A stretch of DNA of 64,000 nt from Candidatus Nealsonbacteria bacterium (GTDB lineage: Bacteria; Patescibacteriota; Minisyncoccia; Minisyncoccales; MHMH01): contig JBDRKR010000010.1 in the NCBI GenBank assembly GCA_043813805.1, forward strand, positions 16,696 through 80,695, given 5' to 3'. The notes beneath the pieces were generated by a model that did no database searches, was not told the origin of the DNA, and worked only from the letters and a program-made list of their open reading frames with translations. Positions 18,186 through 27,578 of this stretch are shown here, piece after piece (the first letter of the stretch is position 1; each line of letters begins with the position of its first letter). The position numbers were made by a program, and so were the translations under genes.

Positions 18186-19364
18186 ATGGAAGAAAAAATT
18201 AATATCCAAAAAGCATTTCTCAGAACCCCATTATTAATTGCTATTATATTTTTTGCTGTAGTAATTGCGGGAGTCGGTTATGGCATTTTTGATTATCAAA
18301 AACTCTCCGGGATAATAGAAGAGGCAGAACGATTGGCCGGTGAAGAAAAATACGATGAGGCAATAGAGAAATTGGAATTCGCCCAGCAAAAATGGATTGT
18401 CAAAAATTTATCCGTAAAAAGCGAAGAAATAGAGAGAAGCAAGCAATTAATCGAAAGTCAGAGAAATTATAATGAGGGGATTAAAAAAATCAAAACAAGG
18501 GATTGGAATGAGGCCAAAGAATTATTATTAAGTGTTGCTGAAGAATCTCCCTATTATTTAGACACTAAAAACAAGATAGAGATTTTAGAAGAAGTGCTTG
18601 ATTGCAAATACAGGAAAGGAGAATATAAAATGCGAGTTTTTGACTCCCAAGGAAGAGTTACCGGGATCGTCGACGGGGAAGTCAAAGAAGAAATTCCTTA
18701 TTCGGTATACGATGAAGAAACCAAACAAGTATTAATTTTTGACCCCAACGATTCTTACACATACGATTTCTCTGCTGTAAAAGCGGGAAATTATCAATTT
18801 ATTCTTACTGCTACTAGGGGAGGGGAAACCACAAGCTTTCATCTTGAGAATATTCCTATTTTATCTGGCGCTACTCATCGGATTCAAGTTGACGAAAAAG
18901 CGGTGGCAGAGGGGAAAATGGGTGCTGTTCTTCTAATGGACGACGATGGGGACGGAGAGTTTGAAGAAGAAATTACTTTTAGTAAGGAACTTACCTGCGA
19001 GGGTTTTATTATTCGGACAAAAATGCCTGAAATAGAGTTGGAAACGCCGGAAGAAGTTAATGTGGCCAAGGGATATATGCAGCTAGCAGAAGAAGAGCTT
19101 ATAGAAGCTAAAAAGTTTTTAGAAGAAGATAAAACTTTTGAAGCATCGAAACTCATTGCCCAAGCCATAAAAGACGCAAAAATAGCAGCCGATTCAGATC
19201 CCGATAATCCAGAAATGTGGTTTCGGCTAGGAAATATTTATTGCGAAGTAAGGGGTACGGCGCAAGGAGCAGAAGAGTGGTGTTTAAGATACTATCAAAA
19301 AGCCCTAGAATTAGATCCAGATAACCAGCTTTATTATCAGAAAGTAGAAGAACTTACAAAATAA
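18186..19364 (+). CDS. Membrane-anchored acidic protein with C-terminal TPR-like repeats
   Basis: N-terminal TM helix. The C-terminus YYQKALELDPDN is TPR-like. Confidence 0.5.
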   Translation: MEEKINIQKAFLRTPLLIAIIFFAVVIAGVGYGIFDYQKLSGIIEEAERLAGEEKYDEAIEKLEFAQQKWIVKNLSVKSEEIERSKQLIESQRNYNEGIKKIKTRDWNEAKELLLSVAEESPYYLDTKNKIEILEEVLDCKYRKGEYKMRVFDSQGRVTGIVDGEVKEEIPYSVYDEETKQVLIFDPNDSYTYDFSAVKAGNYQFILTATRGGETTSFHLENIPILSGATHRIQVDEKAVAEGKMGAVLLMDDDGDGEFEEEITFSKELTCEGFIIRTKMPEIELETPEEVNVAKGYMQLAEEELIEAKKFLEEDKTFEASKLIAQAIKDAKIAADSDPDNPEMWFRLGNIYCEVRGTAQGAEEWCLRYYQKALELDPDNQLYYQKVEELTK

Positions 19365-19506
19365 ATTAAAGTAATTATATTTGAAATAAGATACTAATGT
19401 TTCATTTTGTGCAATGTCAGACAAGATTATAGTGATGACCTTATGTCGCATAAGCGCCATGCTTGGTATAAAAAGCGATAAATAACTAAAACTTAGGCCG
19501 GGGGTA

Positions 19507-19534
19507 AAATGAAAGAGGCTAAACCTCTTTCAGC
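19507..19534. repeat. Copy 4 of the palindromic repeat (GGCTAAACC loop variant)
   Basis: aaaatgaaagaggctaaacctctttcag. A half-copy gaggtttagcctc follows at 19541-19553. Confidence 0.7.
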
Positions 19535-19596
19535 GCGATTGAGGTTTAGCCTCATTAAACATCGCCCAAAAGGCGATATTTTGGTAGGATAAAAAC

Positions 19597-20106
19597 ATGA
19601 AGAAGATAATTTATATAGTTTTATTTATGATTATTATAGCTGCCGGCGCAGCGGTTTGGTGGGTTGGGACAAACAAAGCGCCGGCAGAACAGGTTTCCTG
19701 CACCTTGGAAGCTAAGCTTTGTCCTGATGGATCGGCTGTTGGCCGTACCGGGCAAAATTGCGAGTTTACAGCCTGTCCGGAGGTAAAGACGGGCGTATTA
19801 ACGGGAAGGGTGACAATCGGGCCCTTGTGCCCGGTAGAGCGCATACCCCCGGACCCCAGATGTCAGCCGACTGAAGCTACGTATAAGGCCTGGCAGATAG
19901 CTGTTTATACTGCTGACAAGACAACAAAACTTGCCCAAATTGAGCCTAATTTGGACGGAAGCTACGAAGTCGGGCTGCCGGCGGGTGAATATCTGATTGA
20001 TTTTGAAGAGAAGCACGCTTTTGCCTGGAGTTTGCCCAAAACCGTCACTATTACAAAAGACGAGACCGCGGTCTTGAATATTGATATTGATACCGGGATA
20101 AGGTAA
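19597..20106 (+). CDS. Secreted/membrane-anchored Cys-containing hypothetical protein
   Basis: N-terminal hydrophobic helix. Leaderless promoter hairpin-TGGTAGGAT-N6-ATG. Confidence 0.5.
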   Translation: MKKIIYIVLFMIIIAAGAAVWWVGTNKAPAEQVSCTLEAKLCPDGSAVGRTGQNCEFTACPEVKTGVLTGRVTIGPLCPVERIPPDPRCQPTEATYKAWQIAVYTADKTTKLAQIEPNLDGSYEVGLPAGEYLIDFEEKHAFAWSLPKTVTITKDETAVLNIDIDTGIR

Positions 20107-20159
20107 TCATTTGTTTAACCTTTAGCGTTAAATACTATGGAAAATGATATAATTTAGTA

Positions 20160-20834
20160 ATGGCAAATATTCAACACTACATTTTTATAGATGAGTCGGG
20201 CGATCCGGGAAAACCATTTGAGATTGATGCCGACGGAAATAAGATTCCAACGGGATCAAGTTTATTTTACATACTCACTGCAATCTATCTTGATTCGGCA
20301 AAGTTATTCGCGTTAGAAAACGAGATTATGGAGATACGCCATAAATACGGATTCAGAAGTGAGGTAAAATCTACTATTATTCCGCTTAAGATGTATAAAG
20401 ATTTACTTGAGATTATAAATAAAATCGGAGTACCTATTTATTATCGGCTTATAGATAAGAAAACATATAAGGGTAAATTTGCCGTATCCGGACATACGAA
20501 ACTTCATAATATTTTTGACGATTATAATTTATCCAAGCTTGTTTTGTTTACTACTAAAAAACAAAATCTCTTAGGAGTGGAGGTTGTGATTGATCGTGCG
20601 GACAGAAGGATGTTTAATAACGATTATTTTAGTAGTTTTGATAATTACCTATTTGAACGGGTAAATACAAAAACTATTCAGCGCATAAAGCATGTTACTC
20701 ATGTGAATTCAGAATACGTGAATGCAATGCAGTTATCTGACCTTGTGGGCGGCGCAATTAAGGATTATTTTACCGGTAAAAATAAGGATTTAAAGAAGAT
20801 AATTGATAAAAAGTACCTGTACAAAATATGGTAA
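20160..20834 (+). CDS. DUF3800 family protein
   Basis: N-terminus YIFIDESGDPG is the hallmark of DUF3800. Leaderless TATAAT promoter 8 nt upstream. Confidence 0.6.
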   Translation: MANIQHYIFIDESGDPGKPFEIDADGNKIPTGSSLFYILTAIYLDSAKLFALENEIMEIRHKYGFRSEVKSTIIPLKMYKDLLEIINKIGVPIYYRLIDKKTYKGKFAVSGHTKLHNIFDDYNLSKLVLFTTKKQNLLGVEVVIDRADRRMFNNDYFSSFDNYLFERVNTKTIQRIKHVTHVNSEYVNAMQLSDLVGGAIKDYFTGKNKDLKKIIDKKYLYKIW

Positions 20835-20972
20835 AAAACCAAAAGAGCGGGCCCTAGACCTAGGACACGCTCTTTTGGTACAAACTATGGTGTATGACCC
20901 TAAGGTTTATATAATGAAACCGAAAGACAATTTAAGTATAACAGACCAAAGGGTGTTGTCAAGATATTAAAA

Positions 20973-22205
20973 ATGACTCAAGCTCAGGCTCTCAAAATTC
21001 TAAAATCGGGCCGCAATGTATTTTTAACCGGTTCGGCAGGAACCGGTAAGACTTTTTTATTGAATAAATTTATCTCGTATTTAAAAAAGAAGAAGATCAG
21101 TATCGGAGTTACCGCTTCCACCGGGATTGCCGCAACCCACATCGACGGAAGAACGATTCATTCGTGGTCCGGGATGGGGATAAAAGACAAGCTCACGGAT
21201 AGGGAAATCGAGCAGCTTCTGAGAAAAGATAAGTTGCAAACCAGGATAAAAGAAGCCCGGATTTTAATCGTTGATGAAATATCAATGCTGGATGCTTCGA
21301 GGCTCGATTTGCTCGACAGTATCTGCAAATTAGCCAAAGAGTCGTTGTCACCGTTCGGCGGAATACAAATTATTATGTGCGGAGATTTCTTCCAGCTTCC
21401 TCCCGTTGATTCAAAAAATGAAAACAAAGCTTTCGCCTACGAATCTTCGGCTTGGAAGAATTCCGATATTAAAACATGCTATCTTGATAGACAATACAGG
21501 CAAAACGACCGGGGATTCATAGGTATTTTGAATAATATAAGGAATAATCAGGCGGGCGAAGACACCCTGATGAAATTAAAGGCGAGACTGCATCAATCTA
21601 TTAAACTTAAAACGATCAACCCGATCAAGCTTTATACTCATAATATTGACGTAGATGCAATGAACAATTACGAATTATCAAAAATTCCGGGTGAGGAGTT
21701 TAACTACGAAATGATGAGTCATGGCCCCAAAGAGCTGGTTAAGGTTTTAAAGAAAAATTGTCTGGCGCCGGAACACTTCACTTTGAAGGTCGGAGCCATG
21801 GTCATCTTTGTTAAAAATAATTTTAACCAGGGTTATGTTAACGGGACCCTGGGCAAGGTAATCGGTTTCGATAAGTTTGACTTTCCTATCGTTGAAACAG
21901 AGTCCGGAGACGAAATTACGGTTACCACCACCAGCTGGAACATTGAAGAAGACAGGCAAATCGTCGCCAGCATCAGCCAGGTGCCATTACGGCTGGCCTG
22001 GGCGATAACGGTTCACAAAAGCCAGGGCATGACCATAGATGCGGCGGAAATCGATTTAAGCAAGTCGTTTGAGTATGGTATGGGATACGTGGCCTTATCC
22101 AGAGTCAGGAGTTTAGACAACATCAGGCTTATGGGGATAAATGAGATGGCTTTGAAGGTTAACCCAAGTGTCGTTGAAAAAGATCTGGAATTCAGATCGT
22201 CTTAG
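20973..22205 (+). CDS. Pif1/RecD-like 5'-3' DNA helicase (SF1B, AAA_30)
   Basis: Walker A GSAGTGKT. Walker B ILIVDEISML. Pif1-family motifs GDFFQLPPV and the helicase C-terminal HKSQGMT. Confidence 0.8.
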   Translation: MTQAQALKILKSGRNVFLTGSAGTGKTFLLNKFISYLKKKKISIGVTASTGIAATHIDGRTIHSWSGMGIKDKLTDREIEQLLRKDKLQTRIKEARILIVDEISMLDASRLDLLDSICKLAKESLSPFGGIQIIMCGDFFQLPPVDSKNENKAFAYESSAWKNSDIKTCYLDRQYRQNDRGFIGILNNIRNNQAGEDTLMKLKARLHQSIKLKTINPIKLYTHNIDVDAMNNYELSKIPGEEFNYEMMSHGPKELVKVLKKNCLAPEHFTLKVGAMVIFVKNNFNQGYVNGTLGKVIGFDKFDFPIVETESGDEITVTTTSWNIEEDRQIVASISQVPLRLAWAITVHKSQGMTIDAAEIDLSKSFEYGMGYVALSRVRSLDNIRLMGINEMALKVNPSVVEKDLEFRSS

Positions 22206-22509
22206 CCGAAGGGGCGGTTTTTTGGTAAGATTAAATATATGGTTAACGTATGACGGAGCGGGGAAAGCGAAGGGTAATTGCGATGCCGATTTGGTACTTA
22301 AGGCAGTTGTTGATTATTATGAAAAACGGTGTGAGAAAGCAGTTATTGTTACAAGTGACGGCGACTATGCCGGACTGGTAAAATTTTTAAAAGAAAAGGG
22401 CTCTTTTTTAGCTATCGTTTCTCCGGGAGATAAATGTTCTTATCTATTGAGAAAGCTGAATATTCCCATTGTTTATTTAAATACCAAGAAAGGTAAACTG
22501 AAATTATAA
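22168..22509 (+). CDS. NYN/LabA-like (PIN-like) domain ORF, N-terminally truncated relative to the family; possible gene fragment, true start uncertain
   Basis: KGNCDADLVLKAV...VIVTSDGDYAGLVKFLKEKG matches the C-terminal two-thirds of the NYN domain. The listed GTG start overlaps the Pif1 stop and its terminator hairpin. In-frame alternative starts are only the TTGs at 22222 and 22291. Confidence 0.35.
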   Translation: MSLKKIWNSDRLSRRGGFLVRLNIWLTYDGAGKAKGNCDADLVLKAVVDYYEKRCEKAVIVTSDGDYAGLVKFLKEKGSFLAIVSPGDKCSYLLRKLNIPIVYLNTKKGKLKL

Positions 22510-22634
22510 CTCCAAAAAGAAAAAGCCCCCAGTAGGGACGAGCCCTACAAGGGTCTTTTTCATAGTGATATTATAATTATAGCAAGCCATCGGAGGTTGT
22601 CAAGAGTTATAAAATAATCAAAATTTAGGACAAT

Positions 22635-23192
22635 ATGAAGAAGCAGATTATCTTGCAAAATAAAAGAATAACTTACGCGCTTCGCAAAAGTAAAAGAGCG
22701 CGGAGAATGAGACTGGCGGTTTATTGCGACGGATCGGTGATTGTCACGACGCCGTTTAATTTGCAGGAAAATATTGCCGAAAGATTTATTGAAGAAAAGA
22801 TGGGCTGGCTCCTGTCTAAAATTGATCATTTCAAACATTTTAAATATAAACATATCAGGCGGCAGGGCCGTCAAGATTATTTAAAATATAAAGAGAGGGC
22901 CGTCTCTTTGGTTGAAGAAAGAGTGTCTTATTTCAATAAAATTTACGATTTTAAATATAATAAAATCAATATAAAGAACCAAAAAACCCGCTGGGGGAGC
23001 TGCTCCAAAAAAGGAAATCTGAACTTTAATTATAAAATTGCGTTACTGCCGCAGTATCTGGCTGATTATATTATTGCCCATGAGCTGTGCCATCTTATTG
23101 AATTCAGTCACTCCCGGAAATTTTGGAATTTTGTCCGAAAACTTGTGCCCAATTATCCGGAGATAAGAAGGGAACTGAAGAGTTATAAATGA
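22635..23192 (+). CDS. YgjP-like (DUF45/WLM-type) metal-dependent hydrolase
   Basis: WGSCS...DYIIAHELCHLIEFSHSRKFW motif. Confidence 0.75.
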   Translation: MKKQIILQNKRITYALRKSKRARRMRLAVYCDGSVIVTTPFNLQENIAERFIEEKMGWLLSKIDHFKHFKYKHIRRQGRQDYLKYKERAVSLVEERVSYFNKIYDFKYNKINIKNQKTRWGSCSKKGNLNFNYKIALLPQYLADYIIAHELCHLIEFSHSRKFWNFVRKLVPNYPEIRRELKSYK

Positions 23193-23806
23193 TCAAAATG
23201 AATGTTTTTAAAAAATTACATAAAAAACTCAAGAAGAAACACGGGACGCCAAAGGGCCAGTGGAAGCTTTGGTGTAAAAGACCGAAAACGGACGGGGAGA
23301 GAGAAGAGGTGATTATCGGAGCGGTTTTGACGCAGATAACCAACTGGAGGAATGTTGAGATGGCCATGAACAATTTGAAAAAAGCCAAGACAGGTTCTTT
23401 AAAAAATATTTATCGGCTGGGGCCGAAAAAGTTGGAGAACTTGATTAAACCATCCGGGTTTTACAGAACCAAGGCCCGATATCTGTTTAATTTGGCCAAG
23501 TTTATTATTGAAAATTATGGCAGCGTGGCAAAGATGAGAAAGAAGGAACTTAAAGAGTTAAGAGAGAAGCTGCTGGAATTGAAGGGTATCGGGCCTGAAA
23601 CCGCCGACAGTATTTTACTTTACGCTTTAGATAAGCCAATTTTTGTGATCGACGAATATACCAGAAGGCTGCTCAAAGAGTGTAATTTGGCCGACAGGGC
23701 GGATTATCATTTTTTACAGAAAAGGTTTGAAAAAAGTTTAAGAAAAGACTTTCGCTTATATCAGGATTTCCACGCCCTGATTGTTATTAACGGTAAAAAT
23801 TCTTAG
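23189..23806 (+). CDS. HhH-GPD superfamily DNA glycosylase-like protein (endonuclease III-related)
   Basis: LKGIGPETADSILLYALDKPIFVIDEYTRRL is a helix-hairpin-helix motif. The start overlaps the YgjP-like stop, suggesting translational coupling. Confidence 0.65.
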   Translation: MIKMNVFKKLHKKLKKKHGTPKGQWKLWCKRPKTDGEREEVIIGAVLTQITNWRNVEMAMNNLKKAKTGSLKNIYRLGPKKLENLIKPSGFYRTKARYLFNLAKFIIENYGSVAKMRKKELKELREKLLELKGIGPETADSILLYALDKPIFVIDEYTRRLLKECNLADRADYHFLQKRFEKSLRKDFRLYQDFHALIVINGKNS

Positions 23807-23814
23807 CGGCCGGG

Positions 23815-23845
23815 AAAATGAAAGAGGTTTAGCCTCTTTCATTTT
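23815..23845. repeat. Copy 5 of the palindromic repeat
   Basis: aaaatgaaagaggtttagcctctttcatttt. Confidence 0.8.
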
Positions 23846-23931
23846 CGCCAAGAGGATGGGTTTTGTGGTATAATAAATCCGTTAGGGATGATCCTCAACC
23901 TGAATCATATTTTAAATAATAAAATAATTAT

Positions 23932-26058
23932 ATGGCAAGCTATCAGGAATTCTTCGATTCGTTAAAAAGAAATAATTTAGACAAGAATTCTTCTCCGGAA
24001 GACCTCGATAATGTTTTGAGCCGGTTAAATTACAGCCGGGAGGGCAAGCAGGAAGTTTTTGAATTTTTGAAATCGCAAGGCTGGTTTTCAGGCGGCGGTG
24101 ACATTCAGAAGTCACCTGAGAAAATCGCCGCAATACCGGCTCAGACGACAAATCTCCCGGAAATAAAGTCTAAAAAGATACAGGTCAACACAATTGCGAT
24201 AATTTTAATTGCGCTGCTTAGTTTCGGCACAATTTATGCTTACGTCCAAAAAATAGGGCCTTTTTCATCCCAAAAATATTCTGAAGAAAATTTCCTTGCC
24301 GACATGTTGAAAAAAGTCAGCCAGATTAATTCCTCGTCATATACCGTGTCAAGTGTTTTGAAGGTTGTCCCTCGCGATGAAGGCGCTGAGCCGTTTACCA
24401 TAAAAGAAGCATCAAACGCCGCCGAATTGAAGCAAAAATATTATTATGATTCAGTGCGGTTGGAGGACGCTTCGGCCATTATTTCCCAATTGAACAGCTC
24501 AAGCGGTTATTATTCCCCTTCTTCTTATTATTATCCTTCTCAGGACGCGTCGACGATAGCATATCCCGGCAGCATTGAAACATTGTTCAGCGATGTTTAC
24601 GGCGGTTATTATGGATATGGCAGCAAATCAGTCACAGACCCGGTTACGGATAAAAATTATGAATATCAGATAACTGACGGCGGCAAGAATTTTCTTTTGA
24701 CTGTGGATTTTGAAACTGATTACGCCATAAAAGCGATTAAGCGTTATGACTACGAAGCCGCCAGCACGATTATTACCGGCAGAAGGGTTTCTTTTACGAA
24801 AGACAGCTCTTCATATTTTTATATGTCCAGCGAGCCGCCCAAACCATTTTTAGCAACGATAGGCGAATCAATAAAAACGCTTCCGCCGGATATCAGCGTA
24901 GAAAGCTCCATCAGCGCATCTTCTGAAATGAAGTCAGGAGGGATGGCGGATTGGCTGTTTAACATTAACGCCGAAGGAGATTTTGGAGATTTGACTTATA
25001 AAATAAACGCCGACGCCCTTAAAAAGGGGGATGATTATTATTTTAAGATTAATAACTTTCCCAGCATATTCTTATTCGGCGATCTCGTTACCGTAAAAGG
25101 CAAATGGGTGAACATTTCTTCCGACAACGATTCTTCCGCCGGCGGAGACAGTTATTCTCTCCTGGCGTCTTTAAAAGAGCGGATCCCGCAAATGGAAAAA
25201 AGCTACAAAGAAAGCCGCGAAAAAGTCGTTAAGTTTCTGAAGAAAACAGTTGCCATCGCCGACGAAGAAAAACTGATTATCTTTAAAAATCAGCCGCGAT
25301 CAGAAAAAGTAGACGGCCGACAGCTGATAAGATACGAATTGAGTTTAAGAAAGGAGGCAATGCTGCCGTTCTACACCAGATTACAAGATGAAATAAATAA
25401 AGATCCTGACTTTTCGGGATTCGGAGATGTGGTTGACCAGGGTTTGATAGACTATTTGAAGAGCGAAGAGTTTGAAGAGGTTTTTGCTTATTTTGACAAG
25501 AATAATGCTTTTGTTTTTTGGACTGATACCAAGGGGTTCCCGGCCATTATCCAAAATTCGATGAGGATTGTTCCGCCGGATACCGCTACCCAGCTTCAAG
25601 ATAAACAAATCAGCATTGTTTTCAAATTAATAATCAGCGACATTAATAAGCCTTCTGACATAAAAGCGCCTTTAGAGTCGGTACCCATAGAAAAATTAAT
25701 CAGTGACTTTGAGAATAATGTGTTAGGCGAAGCCAGAGGAAAAGCTCGGGATGCCGTGCGCAAGGCTGATATGCGCCAGATCGTGACTGCCATGGAGATG
25801 TATTATGGCATGGAAAACGTTTACTATACCAATTCTGGGACTAGTTGGCCATCAGCAATTGGCACTTATATGCCTAACATTCCGACCGATCCTTTGAAAG
25901 ATACTGAAACTCCTTATGTCTGGGTTGATAATACCGGTAATAATCAAAAATTTTGTGTCTACGCCACTCTTGAAGATGGAAAATGGTATACCTCTTCTTA
26001 TAATGGAAACTACACCTGTTTAGACGTTAAACCAACGCTTAATGATTGTTGTTTTTAA
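23932..26058 (+). CDS. Large S/Y-rich surface protein with one TM helix and a C-terminal type-IV-pilin-like globular domain
   Basis: TM helix at about residue 85. The C-terminal roughly 110 aa contain EARGKARDAVRKADMRQIVTAMEMYYGMENVYYTN and a terminal C...CC pair. These resemble the pilin head motif ARDAKRxSDLRQI..ALELYY and the disulfide-bonded loop. Confidence 0.5.
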   Translation: MASYQEFFDSLKRNNLDKNSSPEDLDNVLSRLNYSREGKQEVFEFLKSQGWFSGGGDIQKSPEKIAAIPAQTTNLPEIKSKKIQVNTIAIILIALLSFGTIYAYVQKIGPFSSQKYSEENFLADMLKKVSQINSSSYTVSSVLKVVPRDEGAEPFTIKEASNAAELKQKYYYDSVRLEDASAIISQLNSSSGYYSPSSYYYPSQDASTIAYPGSIETLFSDVYGGYYGYGSKSVTDPVTDKNYEYQITDGGKNFLLTVDFETDYAIKAIKRYDYEAASTIITGRRVSFTKDSSSYFYMSSEPPKPFLATIGESIKTLPPDISVESSISASSEMKSGGMADWLFNINAEGDFGDLTYKINADALKKGDDYYFKINNFPSIFLFGDLVTVKGKWVNISSDNDSSAGGDSYSLLASLKERIPQMEKSYKESREKVVKFLKKTVAIADEEKLIIFKNQPRSEKVDGRQLIRYELSLRKEAMLPFYTRLQDEINKDPDFSGFGDVVDQGLIDYLKSEEFEEVFAYFDKNNAFVFWTDTKGFPAIIQNSMRIVPPDTATQLQDKQISIVFKLIISDINKPSDIKAPLESVPIEKLISDFENNVLGEARGKARDAVRKADMRQIVTAMEMYYGMENVYYTNSGTSWPSAIGTYMPNIPTDPLKDTETPYVWVDNTGNNQKFCVYATLEDGKWYTSSYNGNYTCLDVKPTLNDCCF

Positions 26059-26061
26059 GAT

Positions 26062-26085
26062 GATCCTCAACCTGATTCATAATAT
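26062..26085. repeat. GATCCTCAACCT-type motif, copy 3
   Basis: tgatcctcaacctgattcataata. Confidence 0.5.
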
Positions 26086-26182
26086 CGCCGAAGGGGCGAT
26101 ATTTTATTGACTTTTTTGTTTTTTCTTGTACAATGCGGGTTATGAACGATCTTAACAATATTAGATAAGGAAGGAGCGAAAG

Positions 26183-26578
26183 GTGAAAGAAGCGCTTTGC
26201 CGGTCGGATAAGACGCATTGGTGTACAGAATGCTGTCCTCCAAATTGCCCGTTATTGGGAGATATTGGTGGAGGAGAGGTTGGTTGTTTGGGTCACGACG
26301 GTAAAAGAACGCCGGACGGTCTGACCGAACGCCCGATTTGCCTGGAAATTGATTGCTTAGACGAGTTTCTCCCGGAAGACAGAGAAACTATCCGGCAGGC
26401 AATTTCCAAATTGTCCGCGGGAAGATTCGAGATGGGCAAGGTTTTAGCTCAGTTCAAGATCGGAAGGAGAATCTGCGCCTGGTGCAAGCCCCAAAGAATA
26501 TTGGGGAGAAAACTAGACATCGAAGGCGACACTCATACCATATGCGATGATTGTTGCAAGGCGGATCCTTGGAAATAA
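26183..26578 (+). CDS. Cys-rich hypothetical protein (GTG start)
   Basis: AAGGAG RBS. Several CxxC/CC motifs. Confidence 0.5.
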   Translation: MKEALCRSDKTHWCTECCPPNCPLLGDIGGGEVGCLGHDGKRTPDGLTERPICLEIDCLDEFLPEDRETIRQAISKLSAGRFEMGKVLAQFKIGRRICAWCKPQRILGRKLDIEGDTHTICDDCCKADPWK

Positions 26579-26681
26579 TAGCCAATGGTCCGCCTTTTAT
26601 ATTAGAAAAGACAAAATCGCTAAAGAGGCGGTTTTAGGTAATTGCGGTAAGACCAAAAATAAAATGGCAGAACTCGAGGTT

Positions 26682-26960
26682 CTACCATTTAATAATAGTT
26701 CTTTTGTCAGGCGAAAATTCTTTCCGCAAGATTTTTACCTTGTAAATCACTCCACCGTTATTCGTAACCACTCCTTTTCTGAAAATCGTAATGGCGTGCT
26801 TCTTCTCCAATCTTCTTAAAAATTCCGGGATATATTTTCTTTTAACTTGGGGGAGGTTTTCAATACACAGGGAAATCGGATCGTTGACGCAGTTGTTGCC
26901 GTCTTTGTTTTTTAAAAGAACCTTAAATATTTCTTCCTGAGCCGGAGCCCGACTTTGCAT
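26682..26960 (-). CDS. Hypothetical protein
   Basis: AGGAGG lies 5 nt upstream on the minus strand. Confidence 0.5.
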   Translation of the reverse strand: MQSRAPAQEEIFKVLLKNKDGNNCVNDPISLCIENLPQVKRKYIPEFLRRLEKKHAITIFRKGVVTNNGGVIYKVKILRKEFSPDKRTIIKW

Positions 26961-27074
26961 AAGACCTCCTGAAGAAAGATTTTATTCCTTATTTTTATAA
27001 CATAAAAGTTATTAAGAATCAAGGTATTGACTTTTTGGATTTAAAGGTATAATCTGCGAAAGGTAAAGGAGGTA

Positions 27075-27419
27075 ATGATGATCGAGGGAGAAATGAACCA
27101 AAGAAACAAGATAGCTGCTTTGCTGACAATCGGTTTGAGGTCTGATGCATTCAAATGGAATCTTCAGGGCACGATTTTGGACAAGTCGGCGCTCCTTCAA
27201 GCAGTCAGCAGGGAAACAAGAGAGGGGGCATTGATTGTTGAGATGGCGAGAGAGATTGTCGGCACTCGTCCAAAGAATGATTCCTATCAGCCCGGGAACA
27301 CGGCGATATGCTTGTTGTGCGGAAACGAAATACCCATCGTCAAGGCCGGTATTTTGGCCTGTTGTGGCCAGAATATGGAGATAAAGGCGCCCAGGCTCAT
27401 ACCACCCAGTTCAGATTAA
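27075..27419 (+). CDS. Hypothetical protein
   Basis: AAGGAGG RBS. Terminator hairpin at 27438-27475. Confidence 0.5.
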   Translation: MMIEGEMNQRNKIAALLTIGLRSDAFKWNLQGTILDKSALLQAVSRETREGALIVEMAREIVGTRPKNDSYQPGNTAICLLCGNEIPIVKAGILACCGQNMEIKAPRLIPPSSD

Positions 27420-27578
27420 GTAATCTCAATAAATCAAAAGACCCGTGCGGATCGCCCGGGTCTTTATTTTTATCAGAAATTAATAAGACTATTGCTTTTT
27501 AACAGTTGGCAGTATGGCATATTTACATTATAGTATAAATAATCGAACTATGTACGGAAATAAAAGAAAATTTTAGAT

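Noticed and set aside
18141-22634. Shared 16-mer AATAATCAAAATTTAG upstream of genes 18186 and 22635
   Set aside because: A single 16-nt match in AT-rich intergenic DNA within 64 kb is close to chance expectation. It was not counted as a repeat family.
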